Source: Octopus sinensis (taxonomy: Eukaryota). Taken from it: a stretch of DNA of 64,000 nt. The stretch covers positions 102,734,001 through 102,798,000 of the forward strand of contig NC_042999.1 in assembly GCF_006345805.1 (NCBI RefSeq), given 5' to 3'. This document shows positions 1-48,341 of the stretch, piece after piece. The position numbers and the translations under genes were made by a program. Numbering within the stretch: position 1 is the stretch's first letter; each line of letters begins with the position of its first letter. The notes below the pieces were generated by a model. That model worked only from the letters and a program-made list of their open reading frames with translations, did no database searches and was not told the origin of the DNA.

Positions 1-450
1 CTAGTGTTTGTGTACAATATTTTTGAAAATCTATTTCATTAAAGTTGAAATGAAAATTAAAAGGTCTCCTGTCTACTCACTCCTTCACCCATTCTCTGTT
101 TGTTGACAGCTCCTATATGAATACTGTTCATTAGAATGAACAAACATGCAAGCTATGGAGATTATTACTGGCACAGCAGATAATTGTATCACAAAAAGCA
201 CCAGATTAAGTACTTTACAGTATTTAGTTACAGAGTTCAAAAGCTTGCTGGTCTAGTTTGGCTTTCAGCTTTACTGGCTTTATAAAATTTAATACTAGTC
301 AAATACTGGGACCATTTAACTGCCTTTACCCACCTCCTAAAATGAAATGGGTTTATACCAAAATTTAGGAGTCATTATTAATGTCAGAACCAATATTGTC
401 AGATAAAACCCCTTTACCTTTCATCCCTCAATGTCTGTTTAATTTATTAT

Positions 451-917
451 GGCATAGGCATGGTTATGTGATAAGAATTCTGCTTCATAACCACATGAGT
501 CTGGGCTCAATCCCACTGCAGGGTACCTTGAATAAGTATCTTATGTTTTAGGTATCAGCTGACCAAAACCTTGAGTGGATTTGACACTGAAAGAAACCTG
601 TGTGTGTGTGTGTGTGTGTGTGAGCCTGTTGTGCGTGCGAACCTGTTGTGTGTGTGAACCCATCATGTGGGTGTGTGAAGCTGTCGCTTGCATGTGTGTT
701 TCCATTGCTTTGCCATTACATGATAGTTATGAGTGTGACCATATTGCAAGTGGTATCCTTTGTTTCCACTATTCTGTGGAAACATGTCTGACCATGGGGA
801 AATATTACCTTTACTTGGAAACAAAGGTTGATGACAGGAAGAGCATCTAGCTGTAGAAAATCTGCTTCAGCACATTCCATCTGACTCATGTAAGCATGGA
901 AATGTGGATGTTAAAAC
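451..917 (+). mobile_element. tRNA-derived SINE (octopus-type), degraded
   Basis: tRNA-like head (ggcataggcatggttatgtgataag...gggctcaatcccactg), internal (TG)n, and a tail shared with other copies (aggaagagcatctagctgtagaaaa...ggatgttaaaac). Confidence 0.7.
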
Positions 918-1825
918 AAAGATGATGCTTTGTCTGGGGAGAGATGGCAGTGCCCATGATCCTTTTTAGGTCTCTGAATGATGGTAAGGAGGAGTAAGTT
1001 ATTCTTGGATTAGTGACTTGAAGTGAATACCTACAACAGAGCAGGTATCACTTTAAAATTGTAAAGGGCTAGGTGGTAGTGTTACACTAGGTGATCAAGA
1101 AATTATCAGTCAAGTATTGGAGTTTATCAAAATGTGTAGATCTGTGCCAAAATCTAAAAACCTTTAAGTGTTCATCTACTTCTTCTGCATACCTCATTAG
1201 TTTAAATTCACTGCTGGCATTTCATTCTGTTTCTTTGCAGAACACTTCAATCTTTATTACATCAGTTTACTTTACCATCAGCCATCAGATTAGGTGCCAC
1301 CTTTCATCTCTTTCCACCTTACCATCCGAGAGAAACTCTGGTTCTGATTATAAAGGCAGTAGAGGTGTGTGTGTGGGGGGTTGTATGTACAATAGTTTTA
1401 TTCTGCATAAAACACATGTACTGGTTATCATGTAAAAAGTTAACATCTTTAATGTCCAAATAGTCATAAATTATATATGCTCAACTATAAAGATTTGTGA
1501 TGATGTGTGTGATATTTCAGCACGTTTTTTATTTAAGCTTTACTATGGTTTCTTTAGTGGAAGAAGGGCAGCACATCTGCTGATTTTGTAGGACATAAAT
1601 ATAGTACTTGCAACCAAAAATGTTTGCAATAGAGAAGACAATGCTAAAATATCCAAATGAATTAAGTCTACCACGTTTGGGTAGCAGTTTTCATCTAGCA
1701 AATTTCACTATAAAACAAAAAAAAAAATTCCTGGTGTTCTGCATATTGAAATTGAACTCAGAACCATGTGAATGCAAAGAAAACTTTATTTTATAGCTAT
1801 GTATATGCATATGTGTATGAATGAA

Positions 1826-2030
1826 TGTAAGTGGTGGTGGTGGTGGTGGTGGGGTTTAGATGTGTGTGTACATGCATGCATGCATGCATGTATGCAAGCA
1901 TACATATATATATACACATGTACGCACACATGCACGCACACATGCATGCACACATGCACGCACACATGCACGCACACATGCACGCATGTACATATACATA
2001 CATGCACCACACTTATGCACACACACACAG
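1826..2030. repeat. Compound microsatellite: (GGT)n, (CATG)n, (TA)n and the 12-mer CACACATGCACG x ~5
   Basis: Direct reading; accounts for the overlapping low-complexity ORFs at 1772-2098. Confidence 0.9.
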
Positions 2031-2156
2031 TCACTAATAGATTATTAAATGATGCAAAAATACTTCACCACTTAAGATATATGCATTTTACTTTATAAAC
2101 ATACAACAAAGCAATTTTTTTTTTTTTTTACTTTTTAACTCCCATTTCTTTTCCAG

Positions 2157-38484
<36,328 letters not shown>

Positions 38485-39690
38485 CAGTAATTTTGTTTAT
38501 ATTAAAGATTGTTTTGATTCAACTTGAAAGTCTAAAAAAATTTACCATATCAAGAACGCCAGGTAATAATAGAAATTTATTGCATCACCCTTGATAACGA
38601 AGAGATGTGAAGAGGAAATAACAAAAAAAAAAGCTTTTGTTAAATCATTTCAACCACATTCTTCCAATTATAATGATTATCAAGAAGAAAATAAGATATT
38701 TCAGTCTTCCTACTTCTCCAGAAAATATAAGAAATAGTTGGGGGTGGAGTTGAGTTGGAGAGAGGAGGTGACTTACTGACAAATGATGAAGTATTATTGT
38801 TATGATTATTTGTATAATTATAAGTCATTATTGTCTTTATGTTAGATAAAATACTTAGCAGTATTTTGTCTGTCATTGTTCTACGTTCAAATTCTGTTGA
38901 GTTCGACTTTGCATTTCATTTTTCCAGGGCTGATAAAATAAGTACCAGCTGAGCACTGGGGGGTTTGCAGGAGGCCATGTAATTGACTTACCCTCTCCCC
39001 TGAAATTACTCACCGTATGCCAAAGTTTGAAATCATCATTATTATAATTATTCTTATTTTTATAATTATTATTCTCATTAGCAGACCAAATAAAATTCTT
39101 ACCAGCATTTCTTCTGGCTTTACATTCTAAGTTCAGATTCCAACATGGCTGACATTGCCTTTCATGGTTTCAAGTTTGATAAAATAAGTACCAATTGAGC
39201 TCTTGTGTGTGTATGTGTGTGTGAGAGTCAGTCAGTCATTGTAATCGAATAGATCCTCTACCAAAATTTCTATGGTAGAAAGGATTATTATTATTATAGC
39301 AGTTAGAAAATCCCTTGTGGTATTTGTTCTGGATCTTCACTTTCAAAGTTCAAATCCATTCTGCTGAGGTTGACTTTCCTATTATCTTTCTGGGGCTGAT
39401 AAATTAAGGTACTGTTAAATGCATTGAGGACAGAATTAGCTTCAGCATAGAAGATTGTACAAATAAGTATGTCAGCAATTTACCATGTTAAAAAAAAGAT
39501 AAGACTAGGAACTGCAGGTCTTGAGCAATTGGCTTTCCAAAACTGACATATATATTATGTAAGCTGAGACTGGATGCTATGAGTAGTCTGTAGGTTTGTG
39601 TCATATTGCACAGTCGGATGGCATACCTCTACTCAACTACCGAACTCTCACTTCCGACGGCTCCGGCTCGCTCTACCAAAACTTTCTTTC

Positions 39691-41210
39691 TTTATTAAAG
39701 GCATATAGCCTGAAACAAAGAGGGGACATCACAAAGACAGACAACACAAAACGTGGGGTACATAAAACGAATTGATGAAATATGAATGAAATTATTGAAT
39801 GAAAAATGCAATGGCTTACAAGTTCCATTTTACTGTTCTAATAATACATTTATCAGTCTTATATGCATTTTTATAAGTCTCTTATGCATTCCATTAATTC
39901 ATCAAACTTGATAATGCTTGGTAAAGTCTCATACTGAAAGTATAAACCAGTATTTCTTATCTTGTTTCCTAACAATGCCACCAGCCTATCAGCTCCGTCT
40001 TTCTCCATCAGTACTACTCTTTCTTCTCGTCCAAACACCTTATCTAATCTTATCCTTATTAAATTTTTTATCTTCATTACCTTCTTCTAAATCTCCACAT
40101 CCTTGTCATACAATATCATCATTTTCAAATGTCGACCAGTTGGCTGCCTTGTTTGTGTCACGTAATCCTTTATCCTCCTCACTTCCTCTTTCCACTCCTA
40201 TTTCTCTTCTCTGTCTATTTCTTCTTCCCTGCTTGTTGTTGGCTCTAGTTCTGGGGTTCGAATTTCCTTGTCACTTTTCTCTGCTACTTTTTTGCTTTGC
40301 TCTTTTCCTGCCTTTCTTTTTTATATTTTGGCTTTTTGGTGGTGACTCCACTCTTGTTCTTTTCCTATCTGCCACTGTTTTTTCCTTTTCCTCTTCCACT
40401 ACTGCTTCTTCTACCTCTGTCTGGTTTTGCTCTTGTTTATGGGGACACCTTGCTTGCATGTGTCTCCTACTTCTGCAGTTGTAACATATAGGAGGTTTCC
40501 TCTCCACTATGACTCTCAATCAGGTCTCATCAGGGAGCGACAGCTCCTCTACTATCTTATGCAAATCTGGCAGGGTTATATGTATCATGACTTCTAGACC
40601 ATACCCCCACCAGTTGATCTCGTTCGACTTCTCGACCTTTATCACCTGCACTTCCTTCTTGCAATTGTAGAGGATGGTTGCCACTAGCCATGCCTCATCT
40701 ATCTCCGAGGGCACTCTCCCTATCCTAACACTTGCAGCTCTTTTTCTGCAGTAAGTCAGCAAGAGTTCCCACTTGGCTGTTCTCAAAGGCACAGTGGAGT
40801 CCTTTTTGCTTCCTCCTCACTCATGAAGATCATCTCCACTGTGCCATACTTCCTTCCTCTTTTCATGACGCTGTTCATCAGTTCCTCAGGTGACATCAAC
40901 ATTATCTTGTCGCCTTCCTTTCTCAGTAGATTCTTGCTAGCCTTCATCTTCCTGGGCTCGACCTTTATTTCGTATGTCTCCAGTGCTTCCTCCTCTGCTT
41001 GTCTTCCAGTTGCAGCTGCATAGCTGTGGCCGCCTGCTGGTGCCTTCTCCATTTTCCTCAACGGGAAAATTTAACAATACAAAAATTTAAAAGTGATAAC
41101 AACGGTATTAATAACAGCAATATCAACAATAAATTCACTTCTACTCACTAATATAACTCAACTTCGACTTCAAAATTAACACCTGTTAACTACAAAATTC
41201 GATACTCAAC
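39691..41210 (-). mobile_element. Tx1-like unit A: ORF1 only (frameshifted), followed by the 3' motif and AATAAA
   Basis: ORF pieces 40783-41061, 40520-40792, 40271-40519, 39871-40077; RGRKYGTV motif; knuckle CYNCRSRRHMQARC; no ORF2 between the stop at 39871 and AATAAA at 39691-39696. Confidence 0.8.
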
Positions 41211-41214
41211 AACC

Positions 41215-41900
41215 GACGTCTAGACTTCTCCCTCTATATCTACGTATTGGGCTAGCCTACTTCATCGTCTGGTGGCGTCCACACAACACCTCCCCTTTTG
41301 AGTTTTTTAAACCAGAATTTATCTATTTTATTTCCTCGGTGAGAAACTGGCATATCTTTTTCTCTTAGCGTTAATTTACACCATTTCTGTAGGTTTTCTC
41401 TTCCTGTTCGACCTACGTGTCGGTTCTGCTTTTGCTTGTGGTTCTGGGATCTGGAACAAATCATACCATAAATCCATTGGTTCTTCTAGCCTCTCTTAGT
41501 TTTTGTTATATCTTTTTTTTAAATTGGTTTAAATGCCTTCTGTGTTTATATTTGGTCCTTTTACCATGTACATCACATTACCCAGACGTCCAGTTATACT
41601 TCCTTGTTCCCAGTCCTGTTTTCCGTTACTATATATTTTAAAATACACTTTGTCACCTGTGTTAAAAAATTTCGTTTTTTTTCCCGAATTTTCTATTTTC
41701 TGTTTCCTGCTCGGCAACCATTTGTCAAAATAGAACAAATTTTTCTAGAAAACATCAAATCTGCGGGTGACCTATCCGACTCTGCATTTGGATTCGGTGT
41801 TATTCTATACACCTGCAAAAACTTTGTCATATTTTTATCTTCAAGGATTTCCCATCTGGTCTTCCTTAAGGCTCTCTTGAATGTGTCGACGAATCTTTCT
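41215..41900 (-). mobile_element. Ty3/Gypsy 3' fragment: integrase C-terminus, PPT and start of the 3' LTR
   Basis: ERFVDTFKRAL...FLQVYRITP...SPADLMF and GDKVYFKIY...W..G.I..RLG..MY; PPT AAAAGGGGAGG (41299-41289) followed by TGTTGTG. Confidence 0.85.
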
Positions 41901-42660
41901 AGTCGGGTCTCATTGAAGAGCACCAACTCCTCTGCAATATTATGCCAATCCGACATGGTTATGTGTATCAAGGCTTCTACACAATAACCCCACCAGTTGA
42001 TGTCTCTTGACTTTTCTACTTTGATGATTTCCACCTCATCTTTACAGTTGTATATTATGGCTGCTACCAGCCATTCTACATCCATCTCCGGTGGCACTTT
42101 TCCAATCCTTACTCTCGCGGCTCGTCTTCCGCAATAGGTAGGTAAGAGTGCCCACCAAGTTGTTCTCAAGGCCATAGTGGCATGTCTCTTCGCATCTTCT
42201 TCACTTGCAAAACGTACCTCTACAGTACCATGCTTCCTTCCTCTTGTGTAGAAGGTGGTCACGTCTTTTATTTCTTCTAAATACTCCTCAATATCTTCTA
42301 TCTCTTCCACTTCAATCTTTTTTGTAGCCACATTTAGCGTTCTGTAAACGGTAATCTTTTTTCCGCTCTGTACAGCGTCCTTCGGCGGTATAATTCGAAG
42401 GCCTCCCTTCTCAAGTACTGTTCACTCCTCTGAACCTCTTCCTTATCAATCATAACAGTCCTTGTCCCCAGTGACGCGACACTTTTCGCTGCAGCGACCC
42501 TCGCATAGCTATCCATAACGGAGGGACCACGTCTCTTCTTTCACCAAAGATGGAAAAAAACCCCCGCAAAGCAACAGCAAGCAGCACATGCGAAGCGTTT
42601 TATCAACTTTTTCACCACAAATCCCCAAATAAGGGGTAAAATCCAGTAAGGCGACATAAC
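41900..42660 (-). mobile_element. Tx1-like unit B: 5' UTR and N-terminal part of ORF1, truncated against the Gypsy fragment
   Basis: MDSYARVAAAK...; RGRKHGTVEVRF...WWGY, homologous to unit A. Confidence 0.8.
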
Positions 42661-42674
42661 ATTGGGACATTTTT

Positions 42675-45600
42675 TTTATTATCCATACAGACGTACATAG
42701 AGGGGCAGTACAATATGATCTGGGGGTCATATATAACGAATGAATTGGTTAAAAATTTAAAAACATAACATCGAATGGGGCACAAAAGACATTAACAACA
42801 ATGAGGACAACATGAGATTAAAAGCAGACAGGGTTGCTACGAGACCTGTCCTTTTAACTGACACCTTGCTTTTCCATTATGACATGCTCACGCAGGGTTT
42901 TTCACTCCCAACATGCGTGTAACACGTGTCCATCGTTTTTGAAACACACTCTGTGACAGACACCTTCTCTCCAGCCTCACCTTTCTTTTCAGGTGAAACG
43001 TAAAAACATTTACCAAGGCGGGACCATATATGAAGCAGTCTGTCACAAAACCTTTCATTCTCGACTTCCAAATCACCTCTTTCATAATTGCTACTACTAT
43101 GAGAAAACAATTCTTACCCTGATCCATAAGGAAGTCTGGTGGGTTGATTTTTAGAATCGATTCAGCTGATAGCTGTACTCTTCTCACATCTGACAACAGG
43201 TGTTCCGCATAAACCCACACTTCTGAAATGCCAGGACACTGCATAATAGTGTGCAGGACAGTTTCCACGTCCCGCTCACATCTTGAGCAGGCCGACGGCC
43301 CAGGGTGTCCGTGTCTGGTGAGTTTATATCGAACCGGTAAAGCTCCTCTGTAACATTGCCAGGCCAGTGACTTTTGGAAGTTATTCAGTGTCCTTGGTCC
43401 AAAAGTTCTCTGGAACAGGCCAACCAACTGGTTATCATCGAGACTCAGGGTCCTCCCCAAGTTATCGTCATTTCCAGCCTCTACCAACCTGCTATAGAAC
43501 TTGCGGTGGTACCGAAACCACTGGTATTGCCCGTGTTGCGGAATCGGAGAAATGCCTTGCGGCACTCCTTGTACCAGATACTCGACATTACTGTGACGAA
43601 ACCTGTTTTCTCTATCTCTAAAACCGGTAAAGCCGGGGAACATCTGTCTTGTGAGTGGAGACCACTCGATTTGGAAGTGAAGAATGAAAGCGCATCATTA
43701 GCCAAGGCACCCCCTACCCACCCTTTAACGGCTTCTGGCAGCAAATAGAACGTCTTACAAGGGGAGAGAAGCCCTTCCACAAAAAGCGAAAGATTTGTCT
43801 TTCCAACTTGCTCAACCACGAATCCGGACAGGGCACAACGGTTAGGCGGTAAGTGATGACCGATGCGATGAACACATTGGCCACCTCCGCCCTCCCTTTC
43901 AAGGATAGCCACCGCCCAGACCAGGTCTGGACTATGTGGGTCACCTTGCCCGAAACCTCTGACTAGTTCATTTCTATTTGGAAATCTGGACCAATCCATA
44001 TTCCTAGCATTTTAACCGGGCCCTCCGTCCAGTGTCCTACGACGCTATTCGAAGGCATCGACTTGCACCCCTAGGTGCCGAGTTGCAAGCCCATTGATTT
44101 TTCCCGGTTAATATTTGCTCCTGCCACCGTCTCGTAATCTTAATGGTTTCACCTACTTGCTGAAGGTGTTTCATTTCGGTCACGATGATTGTGATATCGT
44201 CCGCGTACGCTGTAACAGATCCTCCACCTCCAAGAATCGTCGGGATGCCACTCAGCTTTCTCAGAAATGGCTCAAGAGCCATTACGTACAAAAGCCTGGG
44301 AGAGTGGACACCCTTGGCAAACCGACCGTTTGATGCGGAGCGGCTTCGACAGAAAATTGTTCACCCGAACGATCGAGTCGATGTCATCGTACAACTGTAT
44401 GATACACCTGAGAAAACAGAGACCCAGTCCGAACTGCACGAGCAGTTACCAGGTAACAATGGTCCACTCTATCAAAAGCTTTAGAAAGTGATGCTAACGG
44501 CCCCATCCGCTAGCATCACTTACCTGTCCTTCAGTCGTCAGTCCCAAACAAACCTCCCTTGCTCAGTCCCAATACAATATGCCTCCATCTCTATCCTTCT
44601 CTCGAACCTCTCTTCCAATTCCTTCATCATCTCTGTTTTCTTGTTGGTGGGGAGCGGGTGGGTTCACTGTCTGCGGGGGAAGGGTGGTGTTGGGGTGGAT
44701 TGGGGTTCCGTACTGTTTAATTTTCTCCTCTTTCTTTTTTTCCTTCCTTCTTCCCACTCTTGCTGGACCTCCTCTTCTTCTGTTACCTTTTCTGTTTGGT
44801 TCTGTTCTTCTTTAGTCTCTTCCTCTCTTTGGGGTTCTGTCACACTTTCCTTTGGTGGGGGAGGGCAGTTGGCTCTTATGTGGCCTCTCAGGCCACACTT
44901 ATAACAGCACGGGGCTCTGCCCTCCACCCACACTCATGATGATGTTTCCCATTCTTATGCTTTCCGTTAACCTTTCCAGCGTTTCGGTCTCCGCCTGTAT
45001 GTTCATATCCAGGGTAGCACCCCTCCAGCCTTCATATTTTATGGTGGCATGGAGGATGTCCACCTCTTCTTCATTTCCTTTAATTACAGCTGCTGCTATA
45101 TATTCACCTTCTAGGTGTGGGGGTATTCCTTCCACCCTGATTCGCGTGGTTTTCCTGTTCAAATACGAGGGTAGAAGAAATACCTTATCCGTTTTTACTG
45201 CTTTGGCTGCCATTTTTCTTGCGACGCTCTCGCTCCTAAATTGAACCGTCACTGTACCGTATTCCATGCCTCTTGTCAAATATATAATTTCTTCCTCTGT
45301 TTGTTTCAGCGCTTCTTCAATAATTTCCATGCTGACTATCTCTATTCTTTTCTTTCCGTTTGCATACACTCGATACTTGACGAACCACTCACCACGTTTT
45401 GTTGGTGGTGACAGTTCAACTTCACCGTCTTCCTTTTCCATAAATTCCTGGAAGCCTGGCAGCTTGACCAAGTTTATCTCTCTTTCTCCCGACTTCTTCT
45501 TTGTCACTCCTGCATATGTATTACCTAGTCTTTCATCCATTTTCATCACTACCTTTTCCAGTTCCTCTTCGGACGTCGACAGTTCTGACAAACTTTCAAA

Positions 45601-45770
45601 CAACCTTTGTCTGGCCATCCCTCCCGTTAGGGAGGGGCAGTCCATTTTCTCCCTATCCGTCTCAACACAGACAGACAAGAACTAAAAACCGCACACCAAA
45701 ACGTTCAACAATAACAAATTCAACAATCAACAAATAAGCAACTCACAATAAACAGTTTTCTGAAGTATCG
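42675..45770 (-). mobile_element. Tx1-like unit C: ORF1, hairpin and 5'-deleted ORF2 (RT from SKAFDRVDH, YADD, C-terminal CCHC)
   Basis: ORF1 44899-45678 and 44664-44933 (CYKCGLRGHIRANC). ORF2 pieces carry TAYADDIT, WSGRWLSLKGRAEVAN and CSRCERDVETVLH...C, with the stop at 42888. No endonuclease domain. Confidence 0.88.
44486..44524 (-). other. 15-bp RNA hairpin overlapped by a perfect 5' splice-site/U1 match (CAG|GTAAGT); second copy at 45887-45925
   Basis: AAGTGATGCTAGCGG-atgggg-CCGTTAGCATCACTT on the minus strand just after ORF1. Confidence 0.7.
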
Positions 45771-45772
45771 TA

Positions 45773-47441
45773 TTTATTTACTACCCACTAGGGCGACATA
45801 GAGGAGACACTACAAAACATTGGGGACATAGAACATAACAATTAAAATTATGGAAAATGAATTTTTAAATGAAAATGATAATATGAAAGTGATGCTAACG
45901 GCCCCATCTGCCAGCACCACTTACCTGTCCTTCATTACCCATCACATTCTCCAATCAAAAACCATTCTTTTCTCATCATTTTCTCAACTATCCTTTCATA
46001 TTCTTTTATCCTCTCATCCGAAAATATCATATTCCTCACTTTTACACCCTCTCTTTCACCCAGCGTTACAATTGTGTCTATTAGTTCCTCTGGCATCACC
46101 ATATATCCCCCATCTTCTCTCTCATACCATAATTCAGAACCTAGGATTCTTTTCGCATCCTCAGCGTCATCCCATTTTGCGTAACATAAAATATGGGGTT
46201 TGGGATCTTTTTTATTTTGTGTCTGCATTATTATTTTGTTTTGGTTTTCTTGTAGGCGGGGAGTGGGTGGAATTGCTGTTTGTAGGGGAAGGATGGGACT
46301 CAGAGGGTGTGGGTGGTGTTGGGGTTCAATATTGTTCAACTTTCTCCTCTTTCTTTTTTTTCTTTCCTCTACCCATTCGTTCTGGGCCTCTTCTTCTGTA
46401 GTTTCACACTCCACTGGATTCCGTTCTTCTTTATTTTCTTCTTCTCTTTGTGTCTCCATAACAATTTCCTTTGGTGGGGGAGAGCAGTAAGCTCTTATGT
46501 GGCCCCTCAGGCCACACTTATAGCACCTTGGTGCTCTGCCCTCCACCCATACTCTCATGACAATATTTCCCATGTTAATGTTATCTGTTATTCCTTCAAT
46601 TGCACTCTCCTCCGCTTGAACACTCATTTCCAGCGTCTTTTCACGCCATCCCTCACTCTTTACAGTAGCCTGTAAGATGTCTACCTCCTCTTCTATCTCT
46701 TTTATAACTGCTGCAGTGACCCATTCGCCTTCTATGTGGGGGGTTATCCCCTCCACCCTTATCCTTGTTGTTCTCTTATTCATATACGTTGGTAGTAAAT
46801 ATACCTTTTCTGTCTTTAACGCCTTAGCTGCCATTCTTCTTGCCATACTTTTACTTCCAAACTGTACCATAATTGTTCCGTATTCCATATCTCTCGCTAC
46901 AAACACAATTTCCTCCTCCACTCTTCTTAATGCCTCCTCTATGTCTTCCATTTTTATTGTTTCCACTCTTTTGTTATCTTTTACGAATGTTCTGTATTTT
47001 ATGACTCTTTCTTCAAACCATTCGCTACGCTTTTCTGGCGGTAACAGTTTCACTTCGCCTCCCTCCTTCGTCATATATGCTTGATAGCCTGGTAACTTTT
47101 CCAGGTCTATCTCTTTTTCGTCTGTTTTTCTTGCTGCTCCCACGTACGTTTTACCAACCTTAACGTCTATTTTCTTTACAGTATCAATCAACTCGCCCTC
47201 GGAGGTCGATACCTCCGATAGACTTTCGAAAAGTCTTTCTTCATCCATCTCTCCCATTAGGGAGGGGCGGTCCATCTCCTTTTATCTGTCTTAATACAGA
47301 CAGCCAACGGCCGACAGCCCAACAACAGTGTAACAAGGTCGTATAAAAAACGTATAACAAAACGTACAATTCAACAGCAAATTCAAACAACAAATTATCA
47401 ATAACTCACGCGTACTTGAAAAAAAGTTTTCTGAAGTATCG
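45773..47441 (-). mobile_element. Tx1-like unit D: complete ORF1-only element
   Basis: 5' 16-mer CGATACTTCAGAAAAC, intact ORF1, hairpin, ~110-nt 3' UTR with the shared motif, then AATAAA. Confidence 0.88.
45935..47275 (-). CDS. Intact Tx1-type ORF1 (446 aa; gag-like CCHC knuckle and basic KRKRRK stretch)
   Basis: ORF track; CYKCGLRGHIRAYC; homologous to the ORF1s of units A-C, F and G. Confidence 0.88.
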   Translation of the reverse strand: MDRPSLMGEMDEERLFESLSEVSTSEGELIDTVKKIDVKVGKTYVGAARKTDEKEIDLEKLPGYQAYMTKEGGEVKLLPPEKRSEWFEERVIKYRTFVKDNKRVETIKMEDIEEALRRVEEEIVFVARDMEYGTIMVQFGSKSMARRMAAKALKTEKVYLLPTYMNKRTTRIRVEGITPHIEGEWVTAAVIKEIEEEVDILQATVKSEGWREKTLEMSVQAEESAIEGITDNINMGNIVMRVWVEGRAPRCYKCGLRGHIRAYCSPPPKEIVMETQREEENKEERNPVECETTEEEAQNEWVEERKKRKRRKLNNIEPQHHPHPLSPILPLQTAIPPTPRLQENQNKIIMQTQNKKDPKPHILCYAKWDDAEDAKRILGSELWYEREDGGYMVMPEELIDTIVTLGEREGVKVRNMIFSDERIKEYERIVEKMMRKEWFLIGECDG

Positions 47442-47457
47442 ATGAACAAGTGATTTC

Positions 47458-48341
47458 TTTATTACCCACAAGGGGCTAACGAAGAGGGGGACAACACATC
47501 ATGATTTGGGGTCATGAGACACAGATGAAAATTTACATATAAATGATCTTTAAAAATTATTACATGAAATTGAAAACAAAATCGAAGAAATCGAATGATA
47601 CACAAATTTTTTACAGCACAACATAAAAACGACACATGAAGTGGGAACACCAGGATTGCCGACCCCACGAGCCCTGTTTTTCCCACCGAAACTCGGCAGC
47701 CAACTTACAGCGTGTTCATGTGGCCCCTTTCACTCGCAGCAATCGTGCCACACGTTTCCATCTTTTGTCAAACTCACACGCAGACAGACACCTTTTCTCT
47801 AACTCCACTTTTCTTTTTAGGTGGAACCTGAAAAAGGTCACCAAGGCGGAGCCAGAGATCATGGTGCCTGTCTTTACAACTTTCATTCTGGTCTTCCATA
47901 TACACTCTTTCGCTACTGCTACTATACTGAGAAAGCAATGCTTACCTTCACTTGTCAAAAAGCTAGGCGAGTCAATTTTTATAATTGTCTCAGCCGATAG
48001 CTGTACTCTTCTTCCGTCTGACAACAGGTGTTCTGCATATACCCACACGTCCGAAACTTCCGGACACTGGACAATAGCATGCGAGACTGTTTCCAGATCC
48101 CGCTCGCATCTTGGACAGTTCGATGGTCCACTCCAACCATGCCTTGTGAGTTTATCCCGAACGGGTAAAGCTCCTCTGAAACATTGCCAGGTCAAAGACT
48201 TCTGGAAGTTATCCAATGTCTTCGGCCCGAACGTCCTTCGGAACAGGCTGTCTAACTGATTTCGATCGAGGCCCAAGGTCCTTCCTAAGGCATTGTCATT
48301 TCCGGCCTCTACCAACCTGCTATAGAAAGCTGCGGTGGTTC
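47458..48341 (-). mobile_element. Tx1-like unit E: 5'-truncated ORF2 C-terminus and 3' UTR
   Basis: CPRCERDLETVSH...C, clearly homologous to the unit C ORF2 end; stop at 47716; shared 3' motif. Confidence 0.88.

Noticed and set aside
1221-1273. Candidate TM1 exon (NTSIFITSVYFTISHQIR)
   Set aside because: Strong acceptor, but the only nearby GT gives phase 2, which puts a stop in the next exon. TM1 remains unlocated.
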